DNA of 63,804 nucleotides, filler included, from Licmophora abbreviata (GCA_900291995.1; 13 parts of 13 records of this genome joined end to end with filler, not necessarily neighbours in it); one strand, 5' to 3'; shown: positions 22,968-35,783, counted from the first letter of the whole stretch. The notes: a model not told the origin generated them from the letters alone. A program made the numbers and translations.

Positions 22968-24530
22968 TCATATTATTTCACGGTCGGACAAGTCGACCTG
23001 CTCCACGTCTTCTGGGGCAACAGCCGCAAAATCCTCTTTCGCGTTGTCCAGTCGCTCAGCTGGCGCGACGATCAGCAGCCCAATCAACGAGGAAACTGCC
23101 AGACCTGATAGTATGAAGCCGGGAGCATCAAGACCATACTCATCCACAAGGATTGTAGCCAACGTTGGTGTCATGCCGCCGACTATCGCGTGCGCGAGAT
23201 TGTAGCCAATAGCGACCGACGTCAGTCGGGACGCGGGATCAAAACTCTCGACGAGCCAAGCGCACATTGGGGCGCCCCAGAACGATAGCGCGACCCCCAT
23301 TGTGGATTGAGCCGCAAACGCTGCATATGGACCTGCTCGACCAATGGTCATGACCATGACAGGGCTGAGCACTCCCATTGCTACTCCACCAATCGTCATG
23401 ATCATTCGACGCCCATATTTATCTGATAGTATTCCGGCAAATGGGAAGAGAAGACAGACACTTAATAGCAGGGAGGCAGAGTTTACAAAGAATCCGCCGG
23501 ACACCGGCGGATCAACCAGATCATGCATAAAGATCGCCATCCAAACGAAAGATAGATAGAAGCCAGCCGACCAGAGCATGGGAACAAGCGTCGACGCCAA
23601 AAGTGCACGCCGATTGTCTTTTGCAAAGGCCCTCCGAATCGGATTCTCGGTTTCTTTGGCACTGGCGCCGCGATGAGGGTGGAACCCATGATCGTCTTCT
23701 TCGGTACAGAAGTACTTGAGATAGACTCCCGACAAGCTGACAAATATACCAGAGAGGAAGGGGAGTCGCCATCCCCACGAATGCAGCTGTCGGTCAGTGA
23801 GCAACGTACGCATAGTAAATCCGACTATGCCGCCGATCAAAGTTCCAAAGTTTGCCGACGCCATGACGTACGACCCATAAAGTCCCCATTTTCTCTTGTC
23901 GTGATTCTCCAGGGTAAAGACGAGTGACGACATCAGCTGTCCCCCGACAGAAAGGCCCTGTAGTAGTCTAACAGTAATCAATAATACAATGGCGATCCAT
24001 CCCACCTGCTGGTATGAGGGCAGCAATCCCATACAAAATGTGGGGACCGCCATGAGAAAGATTGAAAGTTCGAGAGCCGTTTTTCTTCCGTAGGTGTCCC
24101 CAATGTACCCCATAAGGACCCCTCCGATAGGTCTCATAAGAAATGCCCCTCCAAAGACTGCGAAGCTCTCTACAAGTGCTGCATTTCCGGCTTGGGCGGG
24201 GAAGAAGACTGATCCAATAACATCGCTAAAGAAACCAAAGACGGCAAAGTCATACCACTCGAGAACATTTCCCGCGATACCAGCTATCGTCTTGAGTAAC
24301 TCATGAGTGGGAGTCTCGTGGTATGGTGTCGCTTCATTGGAAGTCGTTCCGTGTTCATCTCGAAACGGGTCGGTAGTCTGCTGCCGTAGCTGCTGCGGCG
24401 AGAGAGGCGAGCTATTGGCTGGCTCAAGCTCCATTTCGAACGGCTCGATATGTGCTGCAGCTGAACGTAGTCGTGGATCGTCGAACAGCGTTCCTGGGCT
24501 GTCTTCTTGGGGAAGTTTGATCATAGACAC
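22968..24530 (-). CDS. MFS transporter, metabolite:H+ symporter family (ProP proline/betaine-like)
   Basis: Motifs GNVLEWYDFAVFG, FLMRPIGG, GDTYGRK, RLLQGLSVGG and WGWRLPF; about 12 hydrophobic segments. Confidence 0.92.
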   Translation of the reverse strand: MSMIKLPQEDSPGTLFDDPRLRSAAAHIEPFEMELEPANSSPLSPQQLRQQTTDPFRDEHGTTSNEATPYHETPTHELLKTIAGIAGNVLEWYDFAVFGFFSDVIGSVFFPAQAGNAALVESFAVFGGAFLMRPIGGVLMGYIGDTYGRKTALELSIFLMAVPTFCMGLLPSYQQVGWIAIVLLITVRLLQGLSVGGQLMSSLVFTLENHDKRKWGLYGSYVMASANFGTLIGGIVGFTMRTLLTDRQLHSWGWRLPFLSGIFVSLSGVYLKYFCTEEDDHGFHPHRGASAKETENPIRRAFAKDNRRALLASTLVPMLWSAGFYLSFVWMAIFMHDLVDPPVSGGFFVNSASLLLSVCLLFPFAGILSDKYGRRMIMTIGGVAMGVLSPVMVMTIGRAGPYAAFAAQSTMGVALSFWGAPMCAWLVESFDPASRLTSVAIGYNLAHAIVGGMTPTLATILVDEYGLDAPGFILSGLAVSSLIGLLIVAPAERLDNAKEDFAAVAPEDVEQVDLSDREII

Positions 24531-25303
24531 TGGGCGTCGCTTCCATTGATCCTAGACTACTGTGCGACGACCGGCCAACGAAGTTGCGGGATAAAAGGCT
24601 GGGAGTTGAGAGGACACACTTCAAACTTCGTCGACTGAAGTTTGTATTCGTTTCTTCCCGTGCCGTCGACTTGGAATGATCGTTCGAGGGATCTCTATAG
24701 ACTGTCTACTGTAACCTAGATCTACAGTACCTGGTTGCAGGTATAGAACGGTATGCATAAGACATGGATGAAGCTGCAATGATTGCATCAATGCTGATGA
24801 CTTGCTCAACTTGATCTGGTACCTGGTATAGTACCGGTAGGTACCTGGTATCATACGGACTCAACGTGCAACCAGGCCANNNNNNNNNNNNNNNNNNNNN
24901 NNNNNNNNNNNNNNNNNNNNNNNTTAATTAATTAANNNNNNNNNNNNNNNNNNNNNNNNNNNNNNNNNNNNNNNNNNNNAATCAGAATCGACCCCAATCA
25001 ATGGGATCGAAGCAGTCGAGTGAGTCGAAGCAATCGATCTCAGTCGGCAGTCGGCGCGAACTTTCTAGAAGCTTGTCGCTTTGGTACCATCGGTAGAGGA
25101 AACATTCATTGTGTTGCCTGTGTTATACTACGTAGTATTGTGTTGAATGTTGCATCGAAAGCGATAGACAAGACGCATACAGTGTCTGCAGTGTGGTGCC
25201 TCCCTGGAAGCTGGAAGGGCCAGATTTTTGGTTTTGAAGAAAACTGCACAGAACTTTTCGCCTTGGACTGACTACTCGTACCGGTACCTGGTAGCCTGAG
25301 AGA

Positions 25304-28300
25304 ATGGAGGCATCGGGAAAGAACGCGAGCGAGTCAGGCATGGAGGGACAGCAAGAACAAGCAGTCGACTGCACCGAACAGCTCAATGCATCTGCTATCG
25401 GTACTGGTGCTGGGTCTTCCTCCGACAAGGACGGTACAGTGGCGACCGTGTCTTTTCTGGCGACCGACAAGCCGCTTGATCCATACCAGGCGAAGGAAGA
25501 AGGTTTCTTTCCTCCGACTCTTTACTCGGACAAAGCCTACAACAAAGGAATCCGAGTCTTTCCCATTGATACAGTGACTGTGACTGAGCCGGAATATGGC
25601 AATGTGATACAGCGTGTATCCTTGGATTCAACGGAACAACCAGATGCCGCTTCTGGAATTATCCTCGATGACGAGGAAATAACCTTGTGGCAGCACAAGT
25701 GGGCCGCAAAGACGTGCTGCCAACACCAGTTCCCGATGACCGCTTTTAGGCTTCTAGGAACCATCTCCCGAAACGTTTTCGTCGCCAACGATTCTCCCCT
25801 CGGACCGTTTGCGGGTCTGGGGATTTCACAGGAGATATTGCTCCCTTCATCAAGCAAGGGCCGAAAGCCTCAGAAGATAACTAGAGCATCCGCAAAAAAG
25901 GAAGCGCGACTCGAAGGATGTGAAGGCGAGGATGTCGAACTCAGAGCGGACGAGATTCAGAGTGCATGGGCCGAAAAGCTCCTTGACGGAAAACTGCACA
26001 AGAAGGGATGGGATGTAAACGGAGAGCTTTGTCGAGACGCTGTCAACGACGATGACTACATTCCCGTTCATCACCTGCGCAAGTGGATAGTGAGTTCGAA
26101 CGCGGTCGATGATCCAGGAGAACCATCCACGAGGTTGCTTTACAACGGTCTTCGGACCATTCCAGTGGATACCCAGTCTATTCTGAACTCACTTCTGGAA
26201 CTATCGTGCCCAACGGGCCTTTATTCCGTTCCTTTGATCTTGCCATACGCTGTCGCGACAGTGGCGCAAGAGTCTCAAACGAGCTACCGTCTTCCATCGA
26301 ATACAGACGTCGACGAAGAAAGCCGATTACCAAGAAAGGCGCGTAAAGTGGGATCTTTCCAGCGCACATGGAGGATTCGCGTCGGTGTATATATGAATCG
26401 ACTCTTACCGGAAGTACTTACGTCTCAGGATCTGCACGTCATCATGTCGGCCTTGGACGACGGATCGTTTAGACTGAAAGAACCGATTCATATACCACCG
26501 ACTCCTAGGCGCCCAACATTTCAGAGCTCCCCTTTCCCGGAAGTGGTATTTGACGGTGCGGACAACAGAGTTTCTAGCAGTGACGATGAGGATCTTACGA
26601 TAGGGGATTCAACTCGAGAAGAGAAATCGATCTTGGCGTTCACCATCAAAGGGTTTCTAAGATTGATGGAAAACACAGGGAACGACGTATCGAATGTGAG
26701 TCGCGTCGACTGTCAGCCAAGCTTTTCACGTAGTGCCTTCTCTCACTGTCCGTTCTGTCTGATTCCATTTTTACTTTTAAAAAGTGGTCCTTCACTGAGG
26801 CCAAGATATCTCCGACGGTAAAGTTGGATCTCATGCTTCACCAGAAGCACGCAGTCTCATGGATGCTGCAGATGGAGTCACTTGGCGGCTATGGTATAAA
26901 CTCTATTTTGTGGGAAGAGCGTGAGTTTCTCGACGGCGGTAAATACTACTACTCGCCAGCGCTTGGGCAACTACGTCTTCGCGCACCTCCGACAATGAAG
27001 GGCGGAATCCTCGCAGATGAGATGGGTCTAGGCAAGACACTAGTCGTTCTTTCATTGGTTGCCGCCTCTCTTGATGAGCTAAAACACGAGGCAGACGTAC
27101 TAGGTAACGACGAAAAATCCGGTGAAGCTTTGATGAACCAAAACAAGACCCATGCCACTCTCATTGTGGTTCCGCCAGCTCTTGTCGGCCAGTGGCTCGC
27201 CGAGATTCAGAAAGCCGTCGGCGACGAGCTTACAGTCGAGTTCTTTGATTGCAAATGCAAGTCATTCGTTCATAAGATTGGTCCAGAGGGAATGCCCGAC
27301 ATCGTCGTGACAGCGTACACCGCTTTGGAGAAGAAAGAGACCGCTCGTCAACTTCTCTGCTGGTCTTGGGGCCGGATTGTGCTCGATGAAATGCAAGAGA
27401 TTCGGTCTTCCACCGCTCAGATTGCAAAGCTTTGTGATAGCTTGGATTGTGGCCGACGTTGGATGCTAAGCGGAACGCCATTGTTCGATGGCATATCCGA
27501 TCTACGTGGTGAACTCAATTTTTTACGCCTTGAACCGTTTGCAGCGTCGACTGAAGATGGTTTCTTTGACTTTAGCATCAGCAGTCACTGGGAACAGCAA
27601 AGTCTACACGGAATGGCGACTCTTCGGGTACTTGGTCTACTTATGCTACGACGCTCCAAGAGTATGACGATCGTCGAGAATGGACATCCGTTGCTAGGAT
27701 TGAAACCTCTTACAGTTGAGTACCTCCCCATCGCACAAGACCCGTCGGAACGTGCACTGTACTGCTACATGGAGTCCTTAATTGGACGGGAGATGAAGAC
27801 TTTGAAGGAAGCTTTGGCTTGTAATGGTGCCACACGTCAACTTTGCCTCCGATTGCTCCGAGAGCTCTGTATGACACCGATATTATTAAGTGGAGGGATG
27901 GGCGCTCAATCCCAGCTGGCAACCTTGAACCGTCTAATGGTAAACGAAAATCGACGGGAGATGTCGCAGCTGGGGTTTTCCGGCCTGGAAGATTCCAGAT
28001 CAAACCGGTTGTCTTGCGATGAGGCTATCCGGTTCCTATCTCAGGCGCAGGAAGCCGCATTTGTCGGGAGTGACTTTGTTACGTCGCAGGCGATGGGTAT
28101 CGGAGCAGGAATAAGTCATCGGTCGCGTGCGGTAGAAGCTGTCGCCGCAAAAATTGAAGAGGCAAAAGACTGTGTGGAGAATGCCAGGGCTACGCTAATC
28201 GCATCGAAGAAGAAGCGAGCCCGTGCGCACTGGCACTTCGCTCTGGAGAAGGTGACGTCTGGCCAGGCCCCTATACCCAAATCTTCTCTGGCGCGGATCA

Positions 28301-30362
28301 ACTCCCATATTCTTCGACTCTGGAAGTGGCGGTTGCTAGTGGTACGGCTGAGCGATGCATCGTATGTGGATCGCAATAAGAAGTTGCCGGTAAAGCTAAC
28401 GCGAGGGTGGCGTCCAGCGACGAACTTTCGTCTCACGTTATTCTTGAAGCATCCGAACTTCGCATGGGCTCATCCACGAACACTATCAATAGAGTCCGTG
28501 CCGGCAGAGCTGTCAGTTATCGAAGTCGAGAGCTCTATCGCGAACGCTCTGCAAGCTGGTGACAGACAGTGTGTCGACATCGTTGCGTATGCATCAAGTG
28601 AAGCCTCGTGGGTGGCAATTTTACAGTTTGCCGATGACCAGACTTTCGCCGCCTTCAAAAAACGTGCGTCCTCGTCGCACGGGATACCCCTCTTTGGCGA
28701 GAAGTCTATCCCCGATGTTGAAAGCAGAATCGCAACTACGAAAGCAAAGCTGGAAGAAGCCGAAGCCCAGTGTAAGGTAAGACAGTCGCAGTCCACTTCG
28801 CCCTCAACACCCTGGAGCCGCTAATTTACTTGTATTGTCACTAGGTCTACCCGAGCGTTGCCAGTGAGCGGGAGCTTTTGAAGGCGAAGAAAGCTCTAGA
28901 CAGGGCTCGTCTTGGTCTCTGTATTGCCGGTCGTAAGCGTTCAGACGACTCTTGCCAGCTTGTATGGTCAGAAGCAAGCCGTGTCTCGCGTTTGTTGAGC
29001 CCGACTTCTTGTGCGGTACTGTATGATGGATTTCACCGCGCTAAGAACCATCTCGAGAAAGTCATTCGACACAGCACAGCCTTGGTACAGCAAGGCGAAC
29101 AGAAGCTCCACCGCTTGGGGGCCATATCTTCTAATCGAGTCGACGTGGAACTCCAATCAAGGTCCGCATTTGAGAGCTTGCAGGCTCTCTCTGACGGAAA
29201 TAGGGAGAAAACAATGTGTGCGATCTGTCTCGGTCATCTCGGAAACGATCAGAGTGATGGACGCGGCGAAGATGCTTCCATGGTTGCAATGACACGTTGC
29301 GGGCATCTTTTCTGTTTCGGTTGTTTGGAGACATACGTGGACGGAAGATACGTAGACCGTCTGAACCTTGCTTGTCCGAATTGCCGAAAAGCATTCCGTC
29401 TCGACCAAGTCATACGTGTCGATCCTTCCAAGACGAGTGACGTCGATTCTTTGCAATCGAAGCGCAAGGAAGCCAAGCTGATTGTCATGCGGGCATCAAG
29501 AATGCTGGATGAGAGCAACGGCCAGCTAGATGCCGAGGTATGGGAAAAGCTGTATCTCGCCAGCGATGTGCCCCAAGGAGCCGATCGTTCCCGCCACCCA
29601 AGACATACGGCAATTCCCGGTCACGTCCTAGCCCATCTTCGCAGAGCTGTGGGCTTGCCGTTGGACTCGAAGCCCGCTGCAGTGCCTTCGGGATCGACCA
29701 ACGCATGCCTTTCCAGCAAGCTTCGAGCGCTGCTATCCGACCTGCCCCTTGATGAGCGGAGCGTTGTCTTTTCGGCATCCAAGGCGAGCGTGAATCATCT
29801 CATGACAGTATTCCAGCTGAAAGGGATCGGTTGTCGCGCGCTCTTCACGGGTCAAAATGTGGACGACACGGAGTCAGCTGTAAACGAATGGAAGTCGAGC
29901 ATATTGGATTCAGCCGGGGTCGAGGCGATACCGTTCCCAGTGCTAGTCGTTCAAGCTGGGGCGGCGGCCAGTGGCCTAACATTGACGTCCGCCTGCAAAA
30001 TGTTTTTTCTGGAACCTCTTGTGCGCCAGGAAGAAGAAAGTCAAGCGCTTGGTCGATGCCATCGATACGGGCAGACCAAAGCTGTTCATTGCAAGTGCTA
30101 CTACACGCCCGTATCGGTGGAGTCGCGACTATTGGAGTGGCGAAAGCGCGCGGTTAGCGACACCGGAGGAGATCGATTCGCTGATGCCGACAAGCACGTC
30201 GTGTTCAGCCGCATGAGAGGCATAGAAGACGACGAGCAGGACACGGAATCTACAACGGAATCGGAGGAGGAGACAGAAGATCTTACTCGCTTTCTGCTGG
30301 GGCTGAGGCACCACAGCTCAGCACAGGCGCCCAATGAGTCATCCACTTTGAGATTAGATTGA
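25304..30362 (+). CDS. SNF2-family ATPase with RING finger (RAD5/RAD16/SHPRH-like)
   Basis: Introns 26696..26784 and 28777..28844 join three ORFs in frame. Motifs GGILADEMGLGKT, VLDEMQ, LSGTP and LMLRR, RING CAIC..CGHLFCFGC..CPNC, then GLTLT and QALGRCHRYGQ. Confidence 0.92.
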
Positions 30363-30566
30363 GCGACGACGGTGTTGGACGCTTGTCGTGTCGAAAAACC
30401 GCATAACTGACGCAACACTAGTCCATTGGATTGATAGGCCACAACCGATATTTACTTCAAAGTTGTACTAACTGGCACCCCAAAGACCTCCTGTAGCTCC
30501 TCCAGCTGCTGGACGAGTGACCGCGGTAGATGCTGCCTACATGTGTAAGAGCCGTCGAGCAGGAAG

Positions 30567-31583
30567 CTAGTCTATGAGTTTTATTCGGTACAAATGAGGC
30601 CACCACTTGCCCGTGACGTAAAGTTCATTCTCTTTGTCAGTAACGGAGATTCCGTTGAAACAGTCAGCAGACTTGACACGTTTGGATTTCGGGTACAAAG
30701 AGCTGAAATCATAGTTGCGTTGAACCATTCCAGATTCGACATCGATTCGTAAGAGGATATCTTGGTACCAAACGTTAGCTAGGAGTGTTCCACTATCCCA
30801 CTCGAGCTCATTTAGAAAGCGCACGGGAAACTCGGATCTGCCTGGATGCTGCTGCCTAACCTGAGGCGATAATAAAGAGGCAGGAATCATGACTTGAATG
30901 CGACGCTTTTCTTGCAAGGTATCACGATCCCAAAAGAATAGCCACGCCGAGCCATCACTGACGATGAACTCTTGAGTTTGAGGATTGTACGAAATTCCCC
31001 ACCCTTCGTTGGTCACTGTTTCATAGTCAAACTCTCGAAGCGGTCTGAGCGTGTCAGCGGTATAGATGAAGCCTTTTCGTGTTCGATAAGTGAGCTGAAT
31101 GATTCGTTGCTCTCCGTTTCCGTCAACAAAGTGAGCGATTCCTTCTCCAAAGAACTCTGCTTTAAGTTTGTGAGCTACCAAGGGCGTCCCTTTCTGGACG
31201 TCGACAATTCTAAGTTCCGACGCCCCATGATTGCCAGTCCCCTCGTATAGCTTTCCACCAGCGAACGTGAGGCCTTGAGTGAAGGCCCCTGGGTCATGAT
31301 CGTAAACCTGGAGAATCTCAAACGAATTGAGATTTCGATGCTGTTTGACAGGATGAGGCACGTCTTCTCCGTCCTCGTGTTGCGTACGTCGCACCAAAAG
31401 AAGAATCACTACCACCAGGATAGCTCCTCGGAACAAGATCCGAAGGATGGGCCACGAGAACCAGCTAGACGATCTCTCCCTGTCGCTCAAATGCTCTCGC
31501 TTCACCTTGACGGCTTCTTCAGATTTCATACCTGCTCCGGGCTTCCGCCGACGCCGCAGCGCCTGCTTGTCTTTCTGTCCCAT
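30567..31583 (-). CDS. Glutaminyl-peptide cyclotransferase, plant/bacterial (beta-propeller) type, with N-terminal membrane anchor
   Basis: Motifs HDPGAFTQGL, FFGEGI, EGWG, SDGS, LNELEW, NGI and VTGKWWP. Confidence 0.92.
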   Translation of the reverse strand: MGQKDKQALRRRRKPGAGMKSEEAVKVKREHLSDRERSSSWFSWPILRILFRGAILVVVILLLVRRTQHEDGEDVPHPVKQHRNLNSFEILQVYDHDPGAFTQGLTFAGGKLYEGTGNHGASELRIVDVQKGTPLVAHKLKAEFFGEGIAHFVDGNGEQRIIQLTYRTRKGFIYTADTLRPLREFDYETVTNEGWGISYNPQTQEFIVSDGSAWLFFWDRDTLQEKRRIQVMIPASLLSPQVRQQHPGRSEFPVRFLNELEWDSGTLLANVWYQDILLRIDVESGMVQRNYDFSSLYPKSKRVKSADCFNGISVTDKENELYVTGKWWPHLYRIKLID

Positions 31584-31999
31584 CGCCACGGCTCGTCTTT
31601 GCGGGTTTAGAGTGCGTCTGCCGGTGCACGTGTGCGAGTAAGCCTACTGTATCGAATCACAAACCGCGATGCTCGAATCCTTCCCCGCTTCGTTGACCGA
31701 GATGGCGACCTGCGACACAGCCCACGCTTTGTACATGCATGGTCGTGTGTGTATTTTCTATTTTGTCTTTGGTTGCGTTATTTTTTAACCTCGTATATCG
31801 AAATGTCGCACCGGTACTCAGAACTTATTTCAGTCGGGCCCTTGCCTTCGACAGCACACTGATTTCTGTGTTTCATCAGTTAGTTTTCAGTTTTCAGACA
31901 CACCCCACACAACCCAGGGGACCTCTGCCGCAGCCCAACGAACCGGTAGACTAGTCTATCATACACAGCGCCGCATTCACCGGTACCTTATAATTGTTG

Positions 32000-34594
32000 A
32001 TGCCAAAATATGCGATGAGAAGCCCCGACCAGCCAACGTTTCCAGACTTGGCTCCCGATGAAGAGGATCTTCATGATGACATGCTACAGTCGTTTCATGA
32101 TATCAGGAGGAAGACGTTGCGCGACTTATATGGTAGCTCAAGCTCTGGGGGAGGTGACAAGTCTCCGAAAGGATCCGTCGACGACGCCATCCGACCGCTC
32201 GTCAATCTACTTAACTTTCACCCGTCCTTTGCCACTCTTTCCTCTTGCAGTGGCCGTATAGCATTCTTTGATCCCCATGGAAGAGCCGAAACTGATGGCG
32301 ATAGTGAAGAGGTGTCTCGACTGGATGACACCGACACGCCGGATCACGATGAACGTCGGCGAACGCCAACCAGTGGAAAGGGACGCGGACGATGGCTGCT
32401 TTCTTCTCACGTCCAGGTGGAACCAGAGACGATCCCTGCACTGATGGACGGTTCTTCTTCCGATGAGTCCATGATATTGAAGCACGAGCCGCTTTTACTA
32501 CATGTCGCTGCATCCTGCTTGGCGAGGGGTCAGCAGCTGCTGAAACTGGCGCTGCAGCTGGGATTTCGCGAGTCAGGGTTGGTTGTCTCCTCTCAGCGAG
32601 TCACAGTAGCCGTTCGAGGACAGAGCTTGGCGCTAGCGATACCGTTGGCCCGGAGAGGATATCTGCGACCGCCTGACGCCTATTTGGCGTCTCTCATACG
32701 AGAATGCAACCGACGAATGCAGATGAACCACGAAAAGCTGCATAGTCTGCAGATCGAAGTGCAAAACACTCTCTTTCGGAAGCTATGCAATATCACCACC
32801 AGTCTCAGCACGTATCATAAAGAGCTTCAACCGATTCCCCCGCTCAACCTCTGGAAACACGCAGCTGTGGCGGTCCCGAACGACCGTCAGCCTGGAGACG
32901 TTGACTGCTTCGTGTTCGGAGGATATGGCTCTGGACCTGACTGTCCACCGTTCCATGGGACATTTGGGAAAAATGCAGATTGTCGAAGATCAGAACAAGT
33001 GGTTTGCCTGTCGCGAAGGGGTGGGGTCTTTGACACTCATTGGTCAGTTGTACCTCAGTCGCCGCCTCCAACAAATCGCGTTGCTCGTAAACAATGGACA
33101 ACATGGTACGGGGTCCATGTTTGCCAAGCCTCCCTTACAAAACGGGAGGGTGCCGCAGCATGCATTCTACCACTATCGGTAGTGTGTGGTCCAGGTCAGA
33201 GTGTAGTTGCTATCTTCGGGGGAAGAGCGAGTCCAGAAAGGCCTTCGGGCGACCTGCTTCTATTCGAGCCAGCAACTCGACCCAACTGCTTGATGGAACC
33301 AGTCAAGATTCAAGGTCAATCACCACAACCTCGCTGGGGACATTCCTTAACACCCCTGTCCGGCAAAGAAGGTTTGTTGGCGGTGTTGGTAGGTGGACGG
33401 GATGGAGCGTCAAGCTTCGGAACGATTCATGTTCTATCGATCGTGAAGGGAACCGCGAAAGGCGCTAGAATGTTTCGATGGGACAAGCTTGACTTTGCTG
33501 TCCCAGCTCGGTTTGATCACGCCACAGTCGCAATTTCCAATTGCATAATTGTGCTTGGAGGCTTGTCGGATCCAAACGATCTTCTTGAAAGCTTTTCTCC
33601 TTCGAGAGCTACCCCCTTTGTTTGTGCCCTTGACATTCTGTCCAATCGAGATGTCAGGGAACGCGACATCAAACTAACGGATGACAACACGAATGATCTT
33701 GTCTCATGGGCATCAGGTGCCGCGTGCGCCATCCCCATAAGCGATATGACCGGAAATACACAAGCTATTATTGCCTTCTGCGGAGGTGTACCGACGAGTC
33801 CGTTCGTTGCGGACATGGAGACATTTCGTTGGCTATCGGTAGACTTGTCAGAACCTTGCGTTCAGGTGGGTTCTCTTCGAGTGGCAAACAAAAGCATGAC
33901 AATCGCATCGGAAGATAAAGCAGTGTCTTCTTTGCTACATCACCACGCCATCGTCCTCCCACCGGCTTCCGCCAACAGCGGAGAAATGATCGTACTTGGC
34001 GGTGGCACGTCCTCGTTTGTATTTGGGCCTGCGTTTTCGAGGTATGTGATTGTGAGAGTAGTATCCGCGTTCGCTTTCGTGGTGTTTCTAACTTGATGCT
34101 GTTGNNNNNNNNNNNNNNNNNNNNNNNNNNNNNNNNNNNNNNNNNNNNTTAATTAATTAANNNNNNNNNNNNNNNNNNNNNNNNNNNNNNNNNNNNNNNN
34201 NNNNCCCCAGCGAACTAAAACCGAAACAAGAAACTCGAGATCAAATCGGTTGCCCCCCATTGCATCCTCCAGAAAGATCGCCGAAGTCTACGCAAGAGAG
34301 TTTGATACGACAGATGTGCTGTTTGTGGGGAAGCAAGATGCAAAGGCGCTCAAGACAGCCTTAGAGGCGGAGTCGCTGCTTGATAGAACGTACCGAATGA
34401 CGAAAGCCCTAGATTCGGATCTGATAGCCGTGCCGATCACGAAAGCGTGCGTGGACATCATTGCTGGTGCAGGTGAACATAATCATTCTCGCCCTACATG
34501 GGAATCGTTTGTCCTCGGCGCAGGCGTTCAGCCGGTCCCCTTTAGCAGTTCTGTTCTTGGACGACGAAAACATCGAGATGTGCATCAACACTAA
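32000..34594 (+). CDS. TYW3: tRNA wybutosine-synthesis TYW3 methyltransferase fused to Kelch repeats; spans a gap
   Basis: TYW3 motifs DKSPKGSVD, TLSSCSGRI and GFRESG. Kelch motifs FGGY, FGGR, PRWGHS and RFDHAT. Donor site at 34042; an open frame resumes at 34205 after the spacer and ends at 34594. Confidence 0.82.
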
Positions 34595-34760
34595 TATTCT
34601 ATAATTCCATTCGTGAAGCTAGAGAATGAACGAAAGATTGCTGGTCGAAGCAAGATGAAAAGCCTACAAGAAGAGAGATCCCATAGATGACAGTTTCATG
34701 ATCCACGTGCCCTACAGATTCCATCCTACAGTAGGGTGGGGAACGTCCGTGTCTCCCGTC

Positions 34761-35396
34761 TCACACCCGGGCGCGCTTGAATGCAAACGCAAAAGCAATA
34801 GCGAGGACTGCCACTGCCACCGCCGTTCTGGTTGCGCGAATGGAGAAGTTGGATTCCTTTGCGCCAGAAGGCATTTCATCATCGATGGATGCCTTGCGCC
34901 GTTTCTCCGACGGCTTCCCATCTTCTGGGAGAGCGGCAGTTGCTCCACTTCGCTTGTGCTCTGGGAACTGGGGCTCGACACTGAGAACGGGTGGCACCTC
35001 CATTTGCAGAGCGTTCATTTCTACGATGGTTTCCGAGGTCGGAGGAGCGTGCTGACGTCGCTGCTGAACTTCCTTGTCTCGCTGACTTCGCTGAATGGCG
35101 GCGTTCGCGTCGCGTCTTTCTTGGCGCCACTTCTCCGACGTCTCTTGCTCCTGCTCTCGATTCAGCGAGGGACTCTTCAAGACTGGAGCTATACCAGTAC
35201 TGGTACGAAGCGGAGTATCATCGTCCTCATCCTGCGGTGACACAGGGTCAGTCAAGTCGATCGGCGGCGGAGGCTTGGCCTTGACGATGCGGCGAGACGA
35301 GGGACTTCCCACGTTAGCCTGTGTGAAAGTCTTAGATTCGCTGTCGCTGGCGTTTCCTTCTCCCGCGTTGGCGTCGGGGCTCACCATCACTGGCAT
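34761..35396 (-). CDS. Hypothetical low-complexity protein with C-terminal tail anchor
   Basis: ATG at 35396. Disordered charged body ending AVAVAVLAIAFAFAF-KRARV. Confidence 0.55.
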   Translation of the reverse strand: MPVMVSPDANAGEGNASDSESKTFTQANVGSPSSRRIVKAKPPPPIDLTDPVSPQDEDDDTPLRTSTGIAPVLKSPSLNREQEQETSEKWRQERRDANAAIQRSQRDKEVQQRRQHAPPTSETIVEMNALQMEVPPVLSVEPQFPEHKRSGATAALPEDGKPSEKRRKASIDDEMPSGAKESNFSIRATRTAVAVAVLAIAFAFAFKRARV

Positions 35397-35783
35397 GAGT
35401 CTTACTCGTAATGCTCTTCTTACTGTGAAAGATGGGCGGGATTCGATTCGCAAAGACTTCGGAGGGCAGGACGGTACTGTAATACGAACTTCAAGTGTCG
35501 CATCAACGCTGCACACGCTTTCAACTTTTTGCGATCGAGTTTTGCAGTCGCGATATTAATACATGTTGTATGTATCACGCCGTGATCGAAAGAGTTCGCA
35601 TCTCCAAGAGCTCGTGTTCCGTGTCCGGACCGGACGGACGACGCCCAGGACACCAAACATGTTCAGCCTTTTTTCAATTTTGCGCGCGAAACATCCAAAC
35701 ATCAAGAGAACTTTTTGACACACACGCATACTGAATACTGCAAATAGCAAATACGTCGCGGTCGTCTGACATCGTCTTCAACC

